A DNA stretch of 64,000 bases. Source: Takakia lepidozioides (lineage: Eukaryota > Plantae > Bryophyta). Positions 34,982 to 48,500 of this stretch are shown in pieces (position 1 is the first letter of the stretch; each line of letters begins with the position of its first letter). Location of the stretch: positions 74,028,001-74,092,000 of the forward strand of contig CM060732.1 of NCBI GenBank assembly GCA_030704615.1, read 5' to 3'. Below the pieces are notes generated by a model. The model searched no databases. It had not been told where the DNA came from and worked only from the letters and a program-made list of their open reading frames with translations. The translations under genes were made by a program, and so were the position numbers.

Positions 34982-35867
34982 TGTCAAATCCTTCTACCGT
35001 TCCTGGGACAATCACTGATAACGGCTATGCTACGAGGGACAGACAACGAGGGTCGCAACGGGACATACTGGGTAGTGATGGACGTACACTACCTGAGCCA
35101 TAGGCAGAGACGGCTAAGTACGCGGTACTTAGCCAATGGCGGGACAAGGGTACATTACCACGAGAGCAGTAAGGGGTAGTGTAGTAACCGTGAGCCCGTG
35201 AACCACGATATCACACGGTCACGATAGCATCGGCTTTAACCAATAGAGGGAGTAGTGGACCGTTTACCACTATGGCTCACGACCACTACAACGAGCCACT
35301 TTTTAGCAAACCTTTTAGGTTGCGTAGGCAGTTAGACAAACGGTCATTAACGACCGCAGGCTGTAACGGCTCTTTCGAGCATAGTATAAAAAAACTGCAC
35401 GCAACTCAGAAGGTGTGCGGTAGGAGTATCGGTGATCAATGTGTATTTAGAGGGACTCAGAGTGATTCTGTGTATTTTTTGTGATGATGTGACGAGCTCT
35501 GAAGTAAAGCCATTCTATTCGAAGTATCTCTGTGTAGAGTGAACGTGAGATGGTGAGAATGTGTATCATCTCAGAATAGTTCTTGTTTTCTCTTGACTAC
35601 CATCTGCTTGTATGAACCAAGAGGCTTCAGTCCTTTCAACTAAGATCTTTTATGATTAAGAGACTGTAGATTGGTCTTAATCAATAGGATTAAGCAGTCT
35701 GCAAGGATATGGCTTCATCCAACGTTCATGGTTTAGCTATCCTTAAAACGATTACGTCGTAATCGTTTATGAAAGCATACCGTCGGACAACCTCTGTTGC
35801 ATGTGTTAGGAAATGGGCAGTAGTGTTAATAGCCTGTTTTGTCTAAGTCATAAACCAGCGGTTAACA
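34982..35867 (+). mobile_element. Probable solo LTR (~890 bp) inserted in a LINE remnant
   Basis: TGTCAA...TTAACA termini, TATAAAA near 35386, approximate TSD tcact/tcacc. Confidence 0.55.
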
Positions 35868-35869
35868 AT

Positions 35870-36230
35870 CACCACTTGGGGCCCATTGCCATTCTATTAA
35901 ATTATGACCGCACAACCAAACAGAACGCAAGTCACTGCCCCGTACTAGACACCCTAAGAACAACAACTCTCTGGCACTTATGGAGGGCAAGATGCAAAAG
36001 AACCTTCTCTGGAACAACGTGCTCAATATCTACCCTCATGTTTGCTTGGATCAAACTATGTGCTGACATTTTTTCCCAAAACGCAGGTCAGCTACACCTC
36101 GCCTTCACAGCCACCTGGGCCCACCAGGGCATTATCTCCACAAGCACTTCTGCATACCATTGCAAATGGAACAAGCTCCCTATGCCCGATTGGTGCAACA
36201 TCGCTACCTCACTCCATCTCGTCGCCTGAG
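35870..36230 (+). mobile_element. LINE ORF2 C-terminal fragment
   Basis: TLWHLWRARCKRTF motif typical of the L1 ORF2 C-terminus. Confidence 0.6.
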
Positions 36231-36839
36231 TTTGACAGGGACAGGGATGTGAACTGGAAACACGTCAAGGAAGCTCCCAAGCCCTCTAGGCTTCACTTCC
36301 ACTGATGATCTTTAGCTCTTCAATGCATTAGACTAACAACGATGCAATCTCGGGGTGTGTGCAGGAGCTTAGGCTCACGGGACATGGTAAGCTAGTCATC
36401 ATTGACTTTGGTGAATATCGCAATATGCATTGGCTAGCCAGATATGCTTTTACTCCGCAGTAGTAGAGATAGGTTCGAGGGTTTTAATTTTTTTCCCTCT
36501 AATAATTTATAATAAAATATACCAAAGCCCTATCCCCTATTAAGTTTTAAAAGAAAATAAGGCCGATGGCAAAAGGTTTGAGATTTGGAATTGGCCACTT
36601 ATCTCATATTTCCATGGATAATTTGTCTCAAACAACACAATGATTTTTCATTGTCTCACCGCTCCAACCATTATGTTGACGAGATGCGCATGATCAAAAC
36701 AATATCATTGACTTGCCTCTTGATATAAGAAACAATCGCTTCCTATAGTGTTGTGATCTTCTGTATAGACACCAAGAATGTTTTTCTTGGACCAGGATTA
36801 CCCTCACTTAGGGATTGGGTTCCTACCCAAGAGAAAGAT

Positions 36840-38091
36840 AGGGCTTGTCTTGTCTTGATGTCTTGGCAAGAAGGGATCTGTCTATGTTAGACAAGATCAG
36901 ATCATAGACAACAACAACCTTCAAAAGAAGACATTATTTCTTGATCCGGCTCTCAAAGTTAAGATCATTTCCATAGAGGTGATTGGGGTATGCGGTGGTG
37001 TGACTGTATATGACTGGATACAAATTTATCTCCCATCTTCGAATTGCCACGGAGATAGGTAGAATGTCATTGTTTTCCCAATACCATATCTCTAGCAAGT
37101 CAATGCAAACTTACCACGCGTAAGGTTTGCAAAAAACTTTTTCACTTGTAAAAGTTTTGGAGATTAGCTTGCGAAAGATAACATGCACCAAATCTTACCT
37201 TTGTATATAAGAAAGCAAGTAACAAAGGTCAAAGATATCTTCACTGGCAAAAATCCCACAATTCACCTCTCCTCTCAAACAATGGTGCATATTGGTAATA
37301 TAGTGGAAAATGCACAGTTTTAGCCTGGTTTACTGTAATTCACCTGTGGGTATTCATTTGATGGGGTGGATGTCTTAAGTTCAAGGCTCAATTGAGATTT
37401 TGAGTTGGTTATCAAGGTCTCTTGGTGTTGCGGATCTAGTCTCCTTCCCACTATTTTTCTTGTCCTCGGCCCATGCGTTGCATATTCTCATGCGTTTCCT
37501 GGGCCTTATTTGCCGTTCCTATGTTGTTTGTCTTCTGATTTCCACTTCCTGATTTTTTTTACACTGCAATTTAAGGGTAATTCTCTACTTGAAACTTACC
37601 GCCGCATGCAATGAATTTCTTGAAAGAGCTGAGGGCTTTGATCCATCCCCCCAGCGTGTGCAAAACCTCCCAGATTGATGTCCCAACCATTTTCATGATT
37701 AATGGTAGGCAAACTTCTGACTTGAGGATGCAAAGACAACTATTGTGGGTCAAGTATCTCGGTTGTAGGGTTCGCTGGCAACTGCAAGCCTGTTAATGCT
37801 GCTCTCAACGGTTTATTAGGATGACATTGTTGTTTCTTGGTAACATTTGGAACTACCACTGTTAAGAGTCACAGTTGCTGTGTAGAGCTCTTGGAAAACT
37901 GCAGTGCTCTACGTTTGTCTAGTCATCACTCACAAAGTGCAGATGTAAGCCGTTAGTGGGGTGTTGAAATCCATTTTCCTAGCATCCGGCATCCACACTG
38001 GCAGAGGGTTGGGACTTGTGCATGACTGCAAATGGTTCCTTTCAAGGCCTGCCATTCCACTCCAGTGCTCTTCATCATGGGCAAACCTTGA
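36840..38091 (-). repeat. Copy B (inverted) of the 13741-15038 segment
   Basis: See copy A. The ORF-track peptides are visibly paralogous (IHPPSVCKTSQIDVP vs IHYPNVCKTSQIDVP). Confidence 0.9.
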
Positions 38092-38590
38092 GAATGTAGA
38101 CTGCAGAAAAGTCCTGCCACTTGGAGTGCTCACATCAAGGGGGATAGTATCGCCTAAAAGCCAATTAAGAATCTGAAACCAGCATTTGCCATACGGACAT
38201 TAGAAAGCCGCATGACTGGCAAGACATCTGTGAAAGAGGGGACTTGAGAAACGTGAGAAACCAAAAAACAGAGATACATGAGTCCCATTGACAAAGAGAA
38301 CTTGCATCACCATTGTACAACGGATTCACAATCCTTGACTGGATGTCAACAATCCTAACCACCAAGGAACAAATATTCCAATTACCACGAAGAAAACCAA
38401 CACAAGAAAACGAGTGGGCATTAGAGACTCTGAAGCCCAAACCAAAAGCAACCAGCAACCAGGTCACCCACCTCAGTGACATACATTATATCACAAGGCT
38501 GACCTCCCAGACAACCCCTCCAAGATGGGGGCTGGCAAGAATCTCTGCCCAGGTGTAGGGTAGGACTAGCTGGCCATCTATCTTGAACTG

Positions 38591-41500
38591 TGTCGCACAC
38601 CTCAGTTCGGTAAACTCCCCTTCAAGTCATAGTTACTCGCTTTGATGCGCGCGCCTGACTCCCAACCTGGCCGCCGGGCCAACTTGGAGTTTCGGCTGCT
38701 CACCGGGACATAACGGTCCCCCTTCCGCTTCCTCTAAACCCTCCACCTATTTGGGACTAGGAGAATTCCCTTTGGTAGATGGCAGTCCGGAACAGCTCCC
38801 CACTCTTTGGTCGCTTTCCGGCTCGCTCGCTTACTCACTAGTTTTTGGTCACCAACGGGCTTGCACCGTTCTCGGGGTTACTACTCCCTATATATACTTC
38901 TGTAGCTGTCCGCGGGGGTTTCATAACCAGCCATGCCATTTTATGGCGAACCACCACGAAAACCCTCGACTCCCGGTGGTGAGTCGCGGTGAGTCTTGGC
39001 CCACTCACCGCGGCCCCAATGGACCGTGATGAGTCCCAAGACTCCCCACGACTCCCACCTCGAGGTCTCCACCCCATGGTGAGTCCTATGCCACCCCCAC
39101 TAAGTCCCACTAAGCTACCACCACCCCTTGTGGAGCCACCTCCACCGCAACCCGGTGTGCGGGGCTCCACCTAGTGAGCGCCTCCGCCTCCTTGAGTGCC
39201 TTGGGCACTCAAGGGTGCTTCAGCCCCCCATACCTATCGCTGCCGCTGCCCCCACCACAGGGGCAGCCCCTCATGTGTCCCGACCCCCTGCCCTCAAGGC
39301 AAAGGGCCGCGACACACACCCCTACCAACAGGGAGTCGATGTCCTCATCGACTTGTCCATTTTGTAGAAACGAACATCCAAGTTGTGGCGTCCCACATCA
39401 AGGAGTTTGTTTCCGTACCATGGCGTCCCATGGCAAAGAACCAAACCCCACACTTGACTCACTCTCCACTAGCTAGTTCGGCCGACTTCCTCCAAGTCCC
39501 GGCCAAGGGTGGAGCCTCTCCAGCTCCTCCCAGTGCACTCTTCTTGGCCTACTTCAAGGCCAAGGAACGATCCTCCCCGAGGATCGAATCGCCTTACTGC
39601 AACAACATTGCTTGCGATCGCTCATGATGCCGCTTTTGGCATCACCTTGAGCAAGGGTTCACCTGGAACCCTCTTTGACTAGGAAGATAACCTTGAACCA
39701 ACCGTGCGCCCCAATCACTACAATTGGGTCCGCCTTGGAATGCTGGCCTGAGGTACGGGAACACGCCGAAGCCGCACTACGACTTCGTCCCGAGGCTACA
39801 CGATTATAGTACGTGAACGGAAGCACGTAGCTTCCGCGTTAGCCCGCACTACAAGGCAACCCCCTCGGTAGCGCAGTTATAGTACGCGCACGCGCCAGGT
39901 GCGCACTAGCACTTGAACTCCCAAATAAGGCGCAAGTTTCCTTGCCCCTTGGATGGGAGTCACCCGATTTCGGCACTGCGCAAACACACGATTAACCCAA
40001 TTTACCTCTCCCACTTTTGTAAGCTAGCATGCATTCTACACACCAGCCAACCACACCATGCATCACCATTCCAAACACAATAGGACGCACAATATTTGGA
40101 ACCCATTTCCTTTATCACAAATTTTTGTACAATACAAGTTTTTGCAATCGGATTCCTGAGCTAGCTAAACCGGGCTAAGCATGCATTTCCTCCCCCACGC
40201 TCCAAGGTTGATGTCCCCATCAACGCTTCTTCCGCTTTTGAGGTCGCCCTTCGAACGCTGCAACTGCCTCGGATGCGTTTCCCATTTTTCTGAGGCACGC
40301 ACCCAAGATGCCTCCACAAGATGATAGCCCTTCCATTTGACGAGATACTCCGTTTCTCGGTTCTTGAACCTCCTCGACTTAAGTATTGCCTCCACCTCGT
40401 ACTCAGGTTCATTTTCATGATCCAACAGCATAGGTGGGGACGCAACACTTGCTGCCGATTCGGACGTGCTTCATCTTTGAAAGTAAGGCTTCAAAAGGGA
40501 GACATGGAATACTGGGTGCACCTTGCTGTTTGCTGGCAGCTCCAATTCATACACATCCTCATTCATAACCCTCCGAATGCGAAAGGGACCCGCATACGGA
40601 GGTACGAACTTCGGACTCATTTCCGGAGGTAGTCGAAAATTCTTGATGTTCAACCAGACTCTGTGCCTGCCTCAAACTTCACTTCCCTCCGCTTCCGATT
40701 CGCCTGCCTTTCATACCGTTTCCTAGCTTTGGCAATGTTGTACTTTGCGAGCTTCAACAAACGCTCGCGTTCTTCCAGTACCGCCGCTACTGCCGGTTCC
40801 TCAACGTCCTGGGCGGCCCAACTTGTCGGCACCAGAGGTGCTTTTCCATAGACCAACACAAAAAAGGGGAAACTCCCGTCGCGGAGTGTTCTGTGTTATT
40901 ATAACAGAACTCTGCCGCGTCTAAGTGTTCCATCCAGTCTGATTGGTCTGCCGACACGTAATTCCGCAAGAATTGCTTCACTACGGAATTCACTCTTTCC
41001 GTTTGGCCGTCCGTCGTAGGTCGGAAGGCGGTGCTCATCTTCAGCCTCGTCCCCATCTTCTTCCAAAGTGCTCTCCAAATTTACTCGTAAACTTTGGATC
41101 GCGGTCCGAGACAATATCCTTCGGGACTCCATGATGCTTTAAGACGGGCGAAGTAAAGTCGCCCTGTCTCCTGCGCGTTGCCGTCTCCTTGGTGGGGATG
41201 AAATGGGCCATTTTACTGAACCTATCTACCACCACCATGATTGCATCGAATCCTTTTGACAGCGGCATAGCAGTCATGAAATCCATCGAGACGCTTTCCC
41301 AAGTCCCCTCTGGAATCGGCAAGGGTTGTAACAGCCCCGCTTGCTTTTTGTACTCGCTCCGGTTTTGTTGGCATGTGGTGCATGTCTTGACATACTCCTC
41401 TGCCTCCTCCCTCAGTTTGGGCCAGAAATACTCTTTCTTCAAGAGTGCCGCAGTGCGCTTGGCTCCACCGTGGCCCGCAAGCGGGCTATCATGGCATTCT

Positions 41501-44500
41501 CTCAAGAGACTATCCTGATCCCTCCCTTTGGCACATAGAGACGTTTTGCTTATACCGGAGCAGTCCGTTTTGCAAGTGGAACTGCGATTTAACCCCCATT
41601 CTCAAGTTCTGCATCACGCACTTTGCCAGCTCATCCTTCCGGCAAGCCTTCCGGATCTTCCTTTGGAGCGCCGTCTCGCCCTTGTACACCAACAAGAGCT
41701 GCTGCTTTCTACTTAAAGCATCGGCCACCACATTGTCCCGTCCCGGTTTGTACTGGATATCCACGTCGAACACTGCCAAAGTATCTTGCCACCTAAGTTG
41801 TTTTGGGGACAACTTGGGCTGCGTGGCAAAATACTTCACCGTGACATTGTCCGTGAACACCTTCACTGGGTTGGAACCAACATAGTGGCGCCAGAGTTCA
41901 AGGCAATGCACCACCGCCTTCATCTCTTTTTCGTGCGTCGGCCACCGTCGCTCCACTTCATTCAGTTTCTTACTTTCGTAAGCCACTGGACGTCCATCTT
42001 GCATAAGTACACCCCCAATTGCGAAGTCCGATGCATCTGTATGAATCTCAAACGGACGATCGAACTCCGGGATTTTAAGACTGGAGCTTCCGTCATCCGC
42101 TGCTTCAATTCAGCAAAAGCTTGGCCACAAAATGTTCCATACCCAGACTTTGGATTTACACAGAAGGTCCGACAGCGGCCCCGCGATCTTGGCGAAATTT
42201 CTCACATACTTCCGGTAATAGGAGGCGAGTCCTAGGAAGGATCGCACTCCCGGGACCGAAGTCGGAGGCTCCCAGTCCAAGATCGCCCTCACCTTTCTGT
42301 CATCCATTTTGATCCCATCCTGTGTAATCACGTGCCCCAAGAACTCCACTTTTGTGACCCCGAATTCGCACTTTGAAGCTTTGGCATACAGCTTCCCTTC
42401 TCGCAATTTTTGGAACACCCTTTTGAGGTGCTCCAGGTGCTCCTCCTTTGTTTTCGAGTACACCAAGATGTCGTCGATGTACACGATCACAAAGTCATCC
42501 AACCACTCCTGGAAAAGGCTGTTCATCAGCGTGCTAAATGTCGCTGGTGCATTGGTGAGCCCAAAAGGCATCACCAAGAACTCATATGAACCATACCTTG
42601 TCCTGCACGCGGTCTTCTCCTCATCTCCTTCCGCCACCCGAATTTGTGATAGCCGGAGCGCAAGTCGATCCGGCTGAAATACTTCGCTCCTGCCAACCGA
42701 TCGAAGAGGTCGTCGATCCTTGGCAAAGGGTACCGGTTTTTGATAGTCACCTTATTCAGAGCCCTGTAATCGACACACATCCGCAGCGTCCCATCCTTCT
42801 TGTCTGCAAATAGCACCGGGGCTCCGTAAGGTGACTTACTCGGCCGGATGTACCCCTTTGACATTAGATCTTTGAGCTGAGTCTTCAGCTCGACCAACTC
42901 TTTGTGGCTCAACCGGTAGGGCGCCTTGGCAGGCGGTTCCGATCCCGGTATCACCTCAATTTTGTGGTCAACTCCTCTTCGCGGTGGCAAGCCGCTTGGT
43001 AAATCCTCCGGCATCACATCCTGGTATTTCTCCAAAATCCCCTTGATCCAATCTGGGCTCGGCTCCCCATCGCCTTCTCCTTTCACTTCTCTAATGTAAA
43101 GCAAAAACTGGGACTCGTGTGTCTCCTCCACGGCCCACTCCTTTGCTGATAGAAGGTTTATTCGCCCTCCCACGGATTTGGGCGTTTCCGACACTCGTAA
43201 AACCTCGCCACCATTCCCACATGGCAGCGTGACTACTCTCTTGCGGCCATCTATGACCGCTCCGGATTTGCTCAAAAAGGTCATTCCCAAAATGAGATCC
43301 ACTCCATCGATCTCGCAGATAGTGAAGTTCTCACGTCCCTCCCAACTCCCCAGTTGAAGAGGAACATCAAACGCCAACCTTGTCGCCAAACTGAGGTTCT
43401 CCTTTGGCAGAGCGCACCTCAATAGAGGCCCCCACGTCACTTGTCGGGAGTCCCAACTTTCGCGCCGCCGCCGGCGTCATGAAGGAGTGCGACGCTCCTG
43501 TGTCCACCAACAACGACACATTAGTTCCGGATATTATCCCATCCACGAACAATAACTGACTCCCTTTTCGTAAGGCGCCAGTTTCCTGATACAACTCACA
43601 AGAAAATTTGCCTACCTTGCAAGTCCTGGCGACCACCGCTTCCACCAAGCGACTGATGGTATCTTCCGACAGCTCCGTGGTCGCCCGAGTCATGTTCAAT
43701 TGCCGGGGCTTCGTGCACTTCTTGGCCATGTGCCCGGGCTCCCCGCAATTGAAACACACTCCATCAAAGGTCGCCTTCTGTCCGCCATAAGTCGCTCCAC
43801 CCGCTTTTCCTTTCGAAGCACCGGGTGCCGCCTTGACGTGTGAAGGACCTCCCTTCGATTTCCACGTGCCATTTTCGCCGCGTGGCCTATCCCACTTCTT
43901 TTCCGGTCGGAGGAGTCACCTTCCCGCCGGGTCTTCTTGTGGTTCAGCTCCGTACGGCCTTGTCTCTCACCCCTAGGGACATCGAGAAACATTCAGCCTC
44001 TCAATTGCCTCGTTCAAAGTCTTGGGTGGCTTCTCCTCCAACTTCCGCCTAGCCCATGGGGCCAGTCCCGCCACAAAGTTGAAGACCATTTCTGGTTCTG
44101 CCATGTCCGCGACTTCGAGCAACAGCACATTGAAAGCCTGGACATACCCCCGAATGTCATCTGTTTGCTTCAAATTCCTCATCTTGTCCCGGGCAAGCCA
44201 GGATGCGTTGAGGGGCACAAACTGTCTCTTCATCAATTCCTTGAACTCACTCCAGTTCAAGGTTTCCGGGCTTGGGCCTCGGTCGTGAAGGCGTTTCTGC
44301 CACCATTGTTGAGCATAGCCCCTCAAATAGGTGGGAGCCACTTCCACCCGATCCTCGTCACTCAACTTGGCCGCCCGGAAGTACTGCTCTAGCTCCAGAG
44401 CCAGGTGTTGAGTGCCTTCCGGTTTCGAACGCCTCGAAGGTGCCGGGTTCCTTAGGCTTCACCTTAAACTTTGCCTTGGTGGAAGTGGCATTAGCCGCCT

Positions 44501-45544
44501 TCAACACGTCTTTCAACGTCCCGCCAAACTGCGCCAACAACCCTTCCCAAAAGGCTGCCGGCATGGGAGGCATCTCTTGGTTTGTCGGAGCTCTCAAAGA
44601 TTCCTCGGGCTCCGACTCCTCGGATTCCTCCCGCTCTGAGCGGCCTCGTTTTGGAAACATTAATCGCTTCCTCAAACGGCCGCCTCGGTGACACGTCGCC
44701 CCCATCGGGCTCACCGGGATCATCATCTTTTGGGTCGTTCCGCTTTCGCTTTGGCTTGCCCGACCCCATGATGAGGCCAATCCCAAGGACGTTCGCGTAC
44801 TGAACTCTAGCTCTGATACCAAGTGTCGCACACCTCAGTTCGGTAAACTCCCCTTCAAGTCATAGTTACTCGCTTTGATGCGCGCGCCTGACTCCCAACC
44901 TGGCCGCCGGGCCAACTTGGAGTTTCGGCTGCTCACCGGGACATAACGGTCCCCTTCCGCTTCCCTCTAAACCCTCCACCTATTTGGGACTAGGAGAATT
45001 CCCTTTGGTAGATGGCAGTCCGGAACAGCTCCCCACTCTTTGGTCGCTTTCCGGCTCGCTCGCTTACTCACTAGTTTTTGGTCACCAACGGGCTTGCACC
45101 GTTCTCGGGGTTACTACTCCCTATATATACTTCTGTAGCTGTCCGCGGGGGTTTCATAACCAGCCATGCCATTTTATGGCGAACCACCACGAAAACCCTC
45201 GACTCCCGGTGGTGAGTCGCGGTGAGTCTTGGCCCACTCACCGCGGCCCAATGGACCGTGATGAGTCCCAAGACTCCCCACGACTCCCACCTCGAGGTCT
45301 CCACCCCATGGTGAGTCCTATGCCACCCCCACTAAGTCCCACTAAGCTACCACCACCCCTTGTGGAGCCACCTCCACGCAACCCGGTGTGCGGGGCTCCA
45401 CCTAGTGAGCGCCTCCGCCTCCTTGAGTGCCTTGGGCACTCAAGGGTGCTTCAGCCCCCATACCTATCGCTGCTGCTGCCCCCACCACAGGGGCAGCCCC
45501 TCATGTGTCCCGACCCCCTGCCCTCAAGGCAAAGGGCCGCGACA
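38591..45544 (-). mobile_element. Full-length Ty3/gypsy chromovirus. LTRs 44824-45544 (5') and 38591-39314 (3').
   Basis: TGTCGC...GCGACA LTRs, nearly identical. Perfect 5-bp TSD AACTG. tRNA-Met PBS TGGTATCAGAGC at 44821-44810. Gag, CFNCGEPGHMAKKC knuckle, protease LLVDTGAS, RT YIDD, RNase H, integrase, chromodomain EYEVEAILK...YLVKWKGY. Confidence 0.97.
40165..44769 (-). pseudogene. Chromovirus gag-pol with multiple single-base frameshifts
   Basis: Consecutive minus-strand ORFs from 44769 to 40165 give domains in gag-PR-RT-RH-INT-chromo order. Confidence 0.9.
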
Positions 45545-48500
45545 AACTGCCTGAGAGATGATGGGCCAACCATGGGCTAAGCTGTTGCGATGAAGTTGCA
45601 GGAAGGTCCTCGAGGCCGGTTCTGAGATACTTGAAGGACACCAAATGTCCTGCACCCGCTGGATACCACTAGCTTCCCAATGAGCCCATGGGGCTGAACC
45701 TGAAGCCAAAGATTCGTCATCTAATTGCATGTTGCAAAACCATGGCTGTCTAAAGCCTCATCCCAAGAAGAATGAGGAGTTTGGTAAAGGAACTCCTTGA
45801 GGAAAGACGTCCAAGCAGACCAAATGGCCCACCAGGCATCCGAACCCCCCAATGGTTTACAGTTGCTACGCCCCCCTTGGACCAACCATCTAAGACTCAG
45901 GGACCATGATTGACTGGAAGAGGGGATGGAACACTCAATGTTTTGCCAAATCAGATACTTTCATGGACCAGCAAAGGGAAGAAAGGATATGGGGATCCAC
46001 TTCCCAATCAAAGCTCTGATTTCTCGCTCAATATCTAAAATGCCAACCCACCATCATTTTTCTTACAACATAATTGATCCCAAGAAACGAGCGCCCTCTT
46101 AGAAGAATTGGCATCATTTGCACCCCGTAAGAAACGGCGTATGAGGGCCTTGATACGCCTTAAAAGAATTGAACCAGGATCCCAAGAGAAGCAGACAACA
46201 CCTGGTTGACTACTAATGCCCTACCAGCTCCAAAAACAAAGACGCATCCTAGGGCATCCTAAGGGATTTGATGATTTTATCAAAACACATTTCAAGGGAA
46301 ATAAAGTGACCCATGAGGTGACCGAGTAAGGAGTGAGAGTCACCATCAGCCAGCCAACGCAGGCCAAGGTCCAGATCTCGAGGGGGGGAGATGAGCAGAC
46401 CAACCTGAACCCAAGGAGAGGACCCCCACCGACTTGCCCCAATTTACTTTAAAACCAGAAGCCAAACAAAACAAATTCAAGGAGTTAATCCCTAATTCAA
46501 TGTTCCTTAAATAGAGCACCGAGTCTTCAGCATACATAGATACCTTCAGGTTATAAGGGGAGGACGTATATAAGAAGACCAGTCAAATCTGCCCGAGAAT
46601 CCATAAGGTAACCTAGACAATTGGCGCAATTAAAAACAATAAGGGGGAGAGGGGGCAGCCCTGTCTCACCAAACATTGACGGGGGAAGGCGGAAGAAAGC
46701 CAACCATTAGTCATAACCCTGCTACAGCCCCAAAAAAAAAATATATATCTTGATCCAATCCAAAGAATATCCATGGATGCCGGATTTAAGAAGGGCAGAG
46801 AGAAGAAAACCCCAATTGATCCTATCAAAGACTTTTTCGAAATCTAACATCAACAAAGCCAGGGGGTGATTAGAATCAATAGCAAAATGTAAAGCCTCAT
46901 TGACCAATAAGTTGTTGTCCAAAATCAAACGTTTCTTCACAAACCCAGTCTACGTTGGACTAATTATAGAAGGTAATAAGGATTGGAGCCGAATTGCCAG
47001 GGCCTTGGCAGTAATTTTGTAAGCCGTGTTTAGAAGAGTAATAGGGCGGTAATTGGCAATGTTATCCTTATCACCTTTTTTTGAAGATTAGAGCAATGAC
47101 TCCCATGGACATCTGAGAGGGCATCAATTTCTTTGAGAGGATATCGTTAGCCATAGACAAGAATCCTCCGATAACATTCCACCAGAATCCCATCTACCCC
47201 GGGAGATTTAAGAGATAATTTAAGGCTAGACAAAGCATCCTGCAACTCTATAATGGTAAACTCCACATTAAGGGACTCAGCCTACCCAGGAGTAAGGAGC
47301 AAGGTATCTTACCACAAACCTCCGCCCGAGCAGATAAAGAGGCAAGAGAATTAAGCTCCGAAGAAAAAAGATTAGTGAAGTAATCTTTGCAATGGAAGAG
47401 AGCATCTTAGGATTAGAATGAAGGGAATTCACAACATCTCTTAAGCTGCTAATTTGCTGCCCCGAGATCCGCGACGAGCTTTAAGGGAGGTCACTCCTTA
47501 TATCTTTTAGGTACCACGTGCGAAAAAATGGTATTTTATAGGGGGGTATTATTTTAATTTTGGTCTTTATCAGCCACCCTATATTTACATAATTTTGTAA
47601 AATGCTATATTTTCTAGCCGGCTAATAATTATAATCTGCTGCTGCTAGCAAATTTTAGGCACGCTATATTAAAGATAAAATAAAAATTAACTATTATTTG
47701 GTCAAAACAAATTCACCAAAGATTAGGCATCAATAGCACTCAAGCTATAAAACATTCTGAGCTTTCTCAAAAGTCATAGTACTAACCGAACTAATGATTG
47801 AATCTATGTCTATCCATTTATTATCTCTTGCATCATACTTGAATCTAAGGTGTCCCCCTAGATTTCAACAAATAGCTTAAGATTAGGACCATTACCGCTG
47901 TCGTTGGTTTATTGAAAAGATCTACGGGCTGCCAAGATATCCCCACCTAGTCCCCACCTTTCGTCTGGTGTGGCTTCTCTTCCCTGATTCCCTTGAGATT
48001 TTGTGGGCAGCTACGGGCCATCTAATTATAATTTGTCACTAAGTTTGAGGATTTTTGGACGTGATGAGAGACGACATCAAATTATCACGCCGGAGGCAGT
48101 CGCGAAAGGCGATTAAATGGAATTCTAGTTCATCCAATGGATGAAATCTGGAAATTCGACCTGCAAGCTAGAGGGATGAAAAGACAACCTAGCACCAACT
48201 GGTCATCCATTGGATGGATGATAGACATACACTCACTGTTGTACCGACGAAGATTCTCCTGCCTCAGTCTGTACTGAAGGACCTATATTTCCTTGAACTA
48301 CCATGTCAAGAATAAACGAGGTCAACTTTGCATACCTTCCATAAAACCGTGGCGATGGAGGTACGTCAGTGTGCAATCTCCCAGGTATCTTCCAATCTTC
48401 AGGTGGTCGATGATGCTGCAATACCTACACTCATCCAGTCTACGCACATAATGGGACGCCAAGAGCTGCCATACGTGACAATGAGTGAAGAAATCTACCT

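Larger units (their letters stand above)
38160..47480 (-). mobile_element. Degenerate LINE reverse transcriptase, split by the chromovirus (LINE parts 38160-38590 and 45545-47480)
   Basis: NYRPITLLNTAYKITAKALA, ILDN.LL..E, LDFEKVFDRINWGFL, VRQGCPLSPLLF, YAED. Confidence 0.85.

Noticed and set aside
44984-45580. 198-aa Pro-rich ORF
   Set aside because: It lies within the LTR and is broken differently in the other LTR copy.
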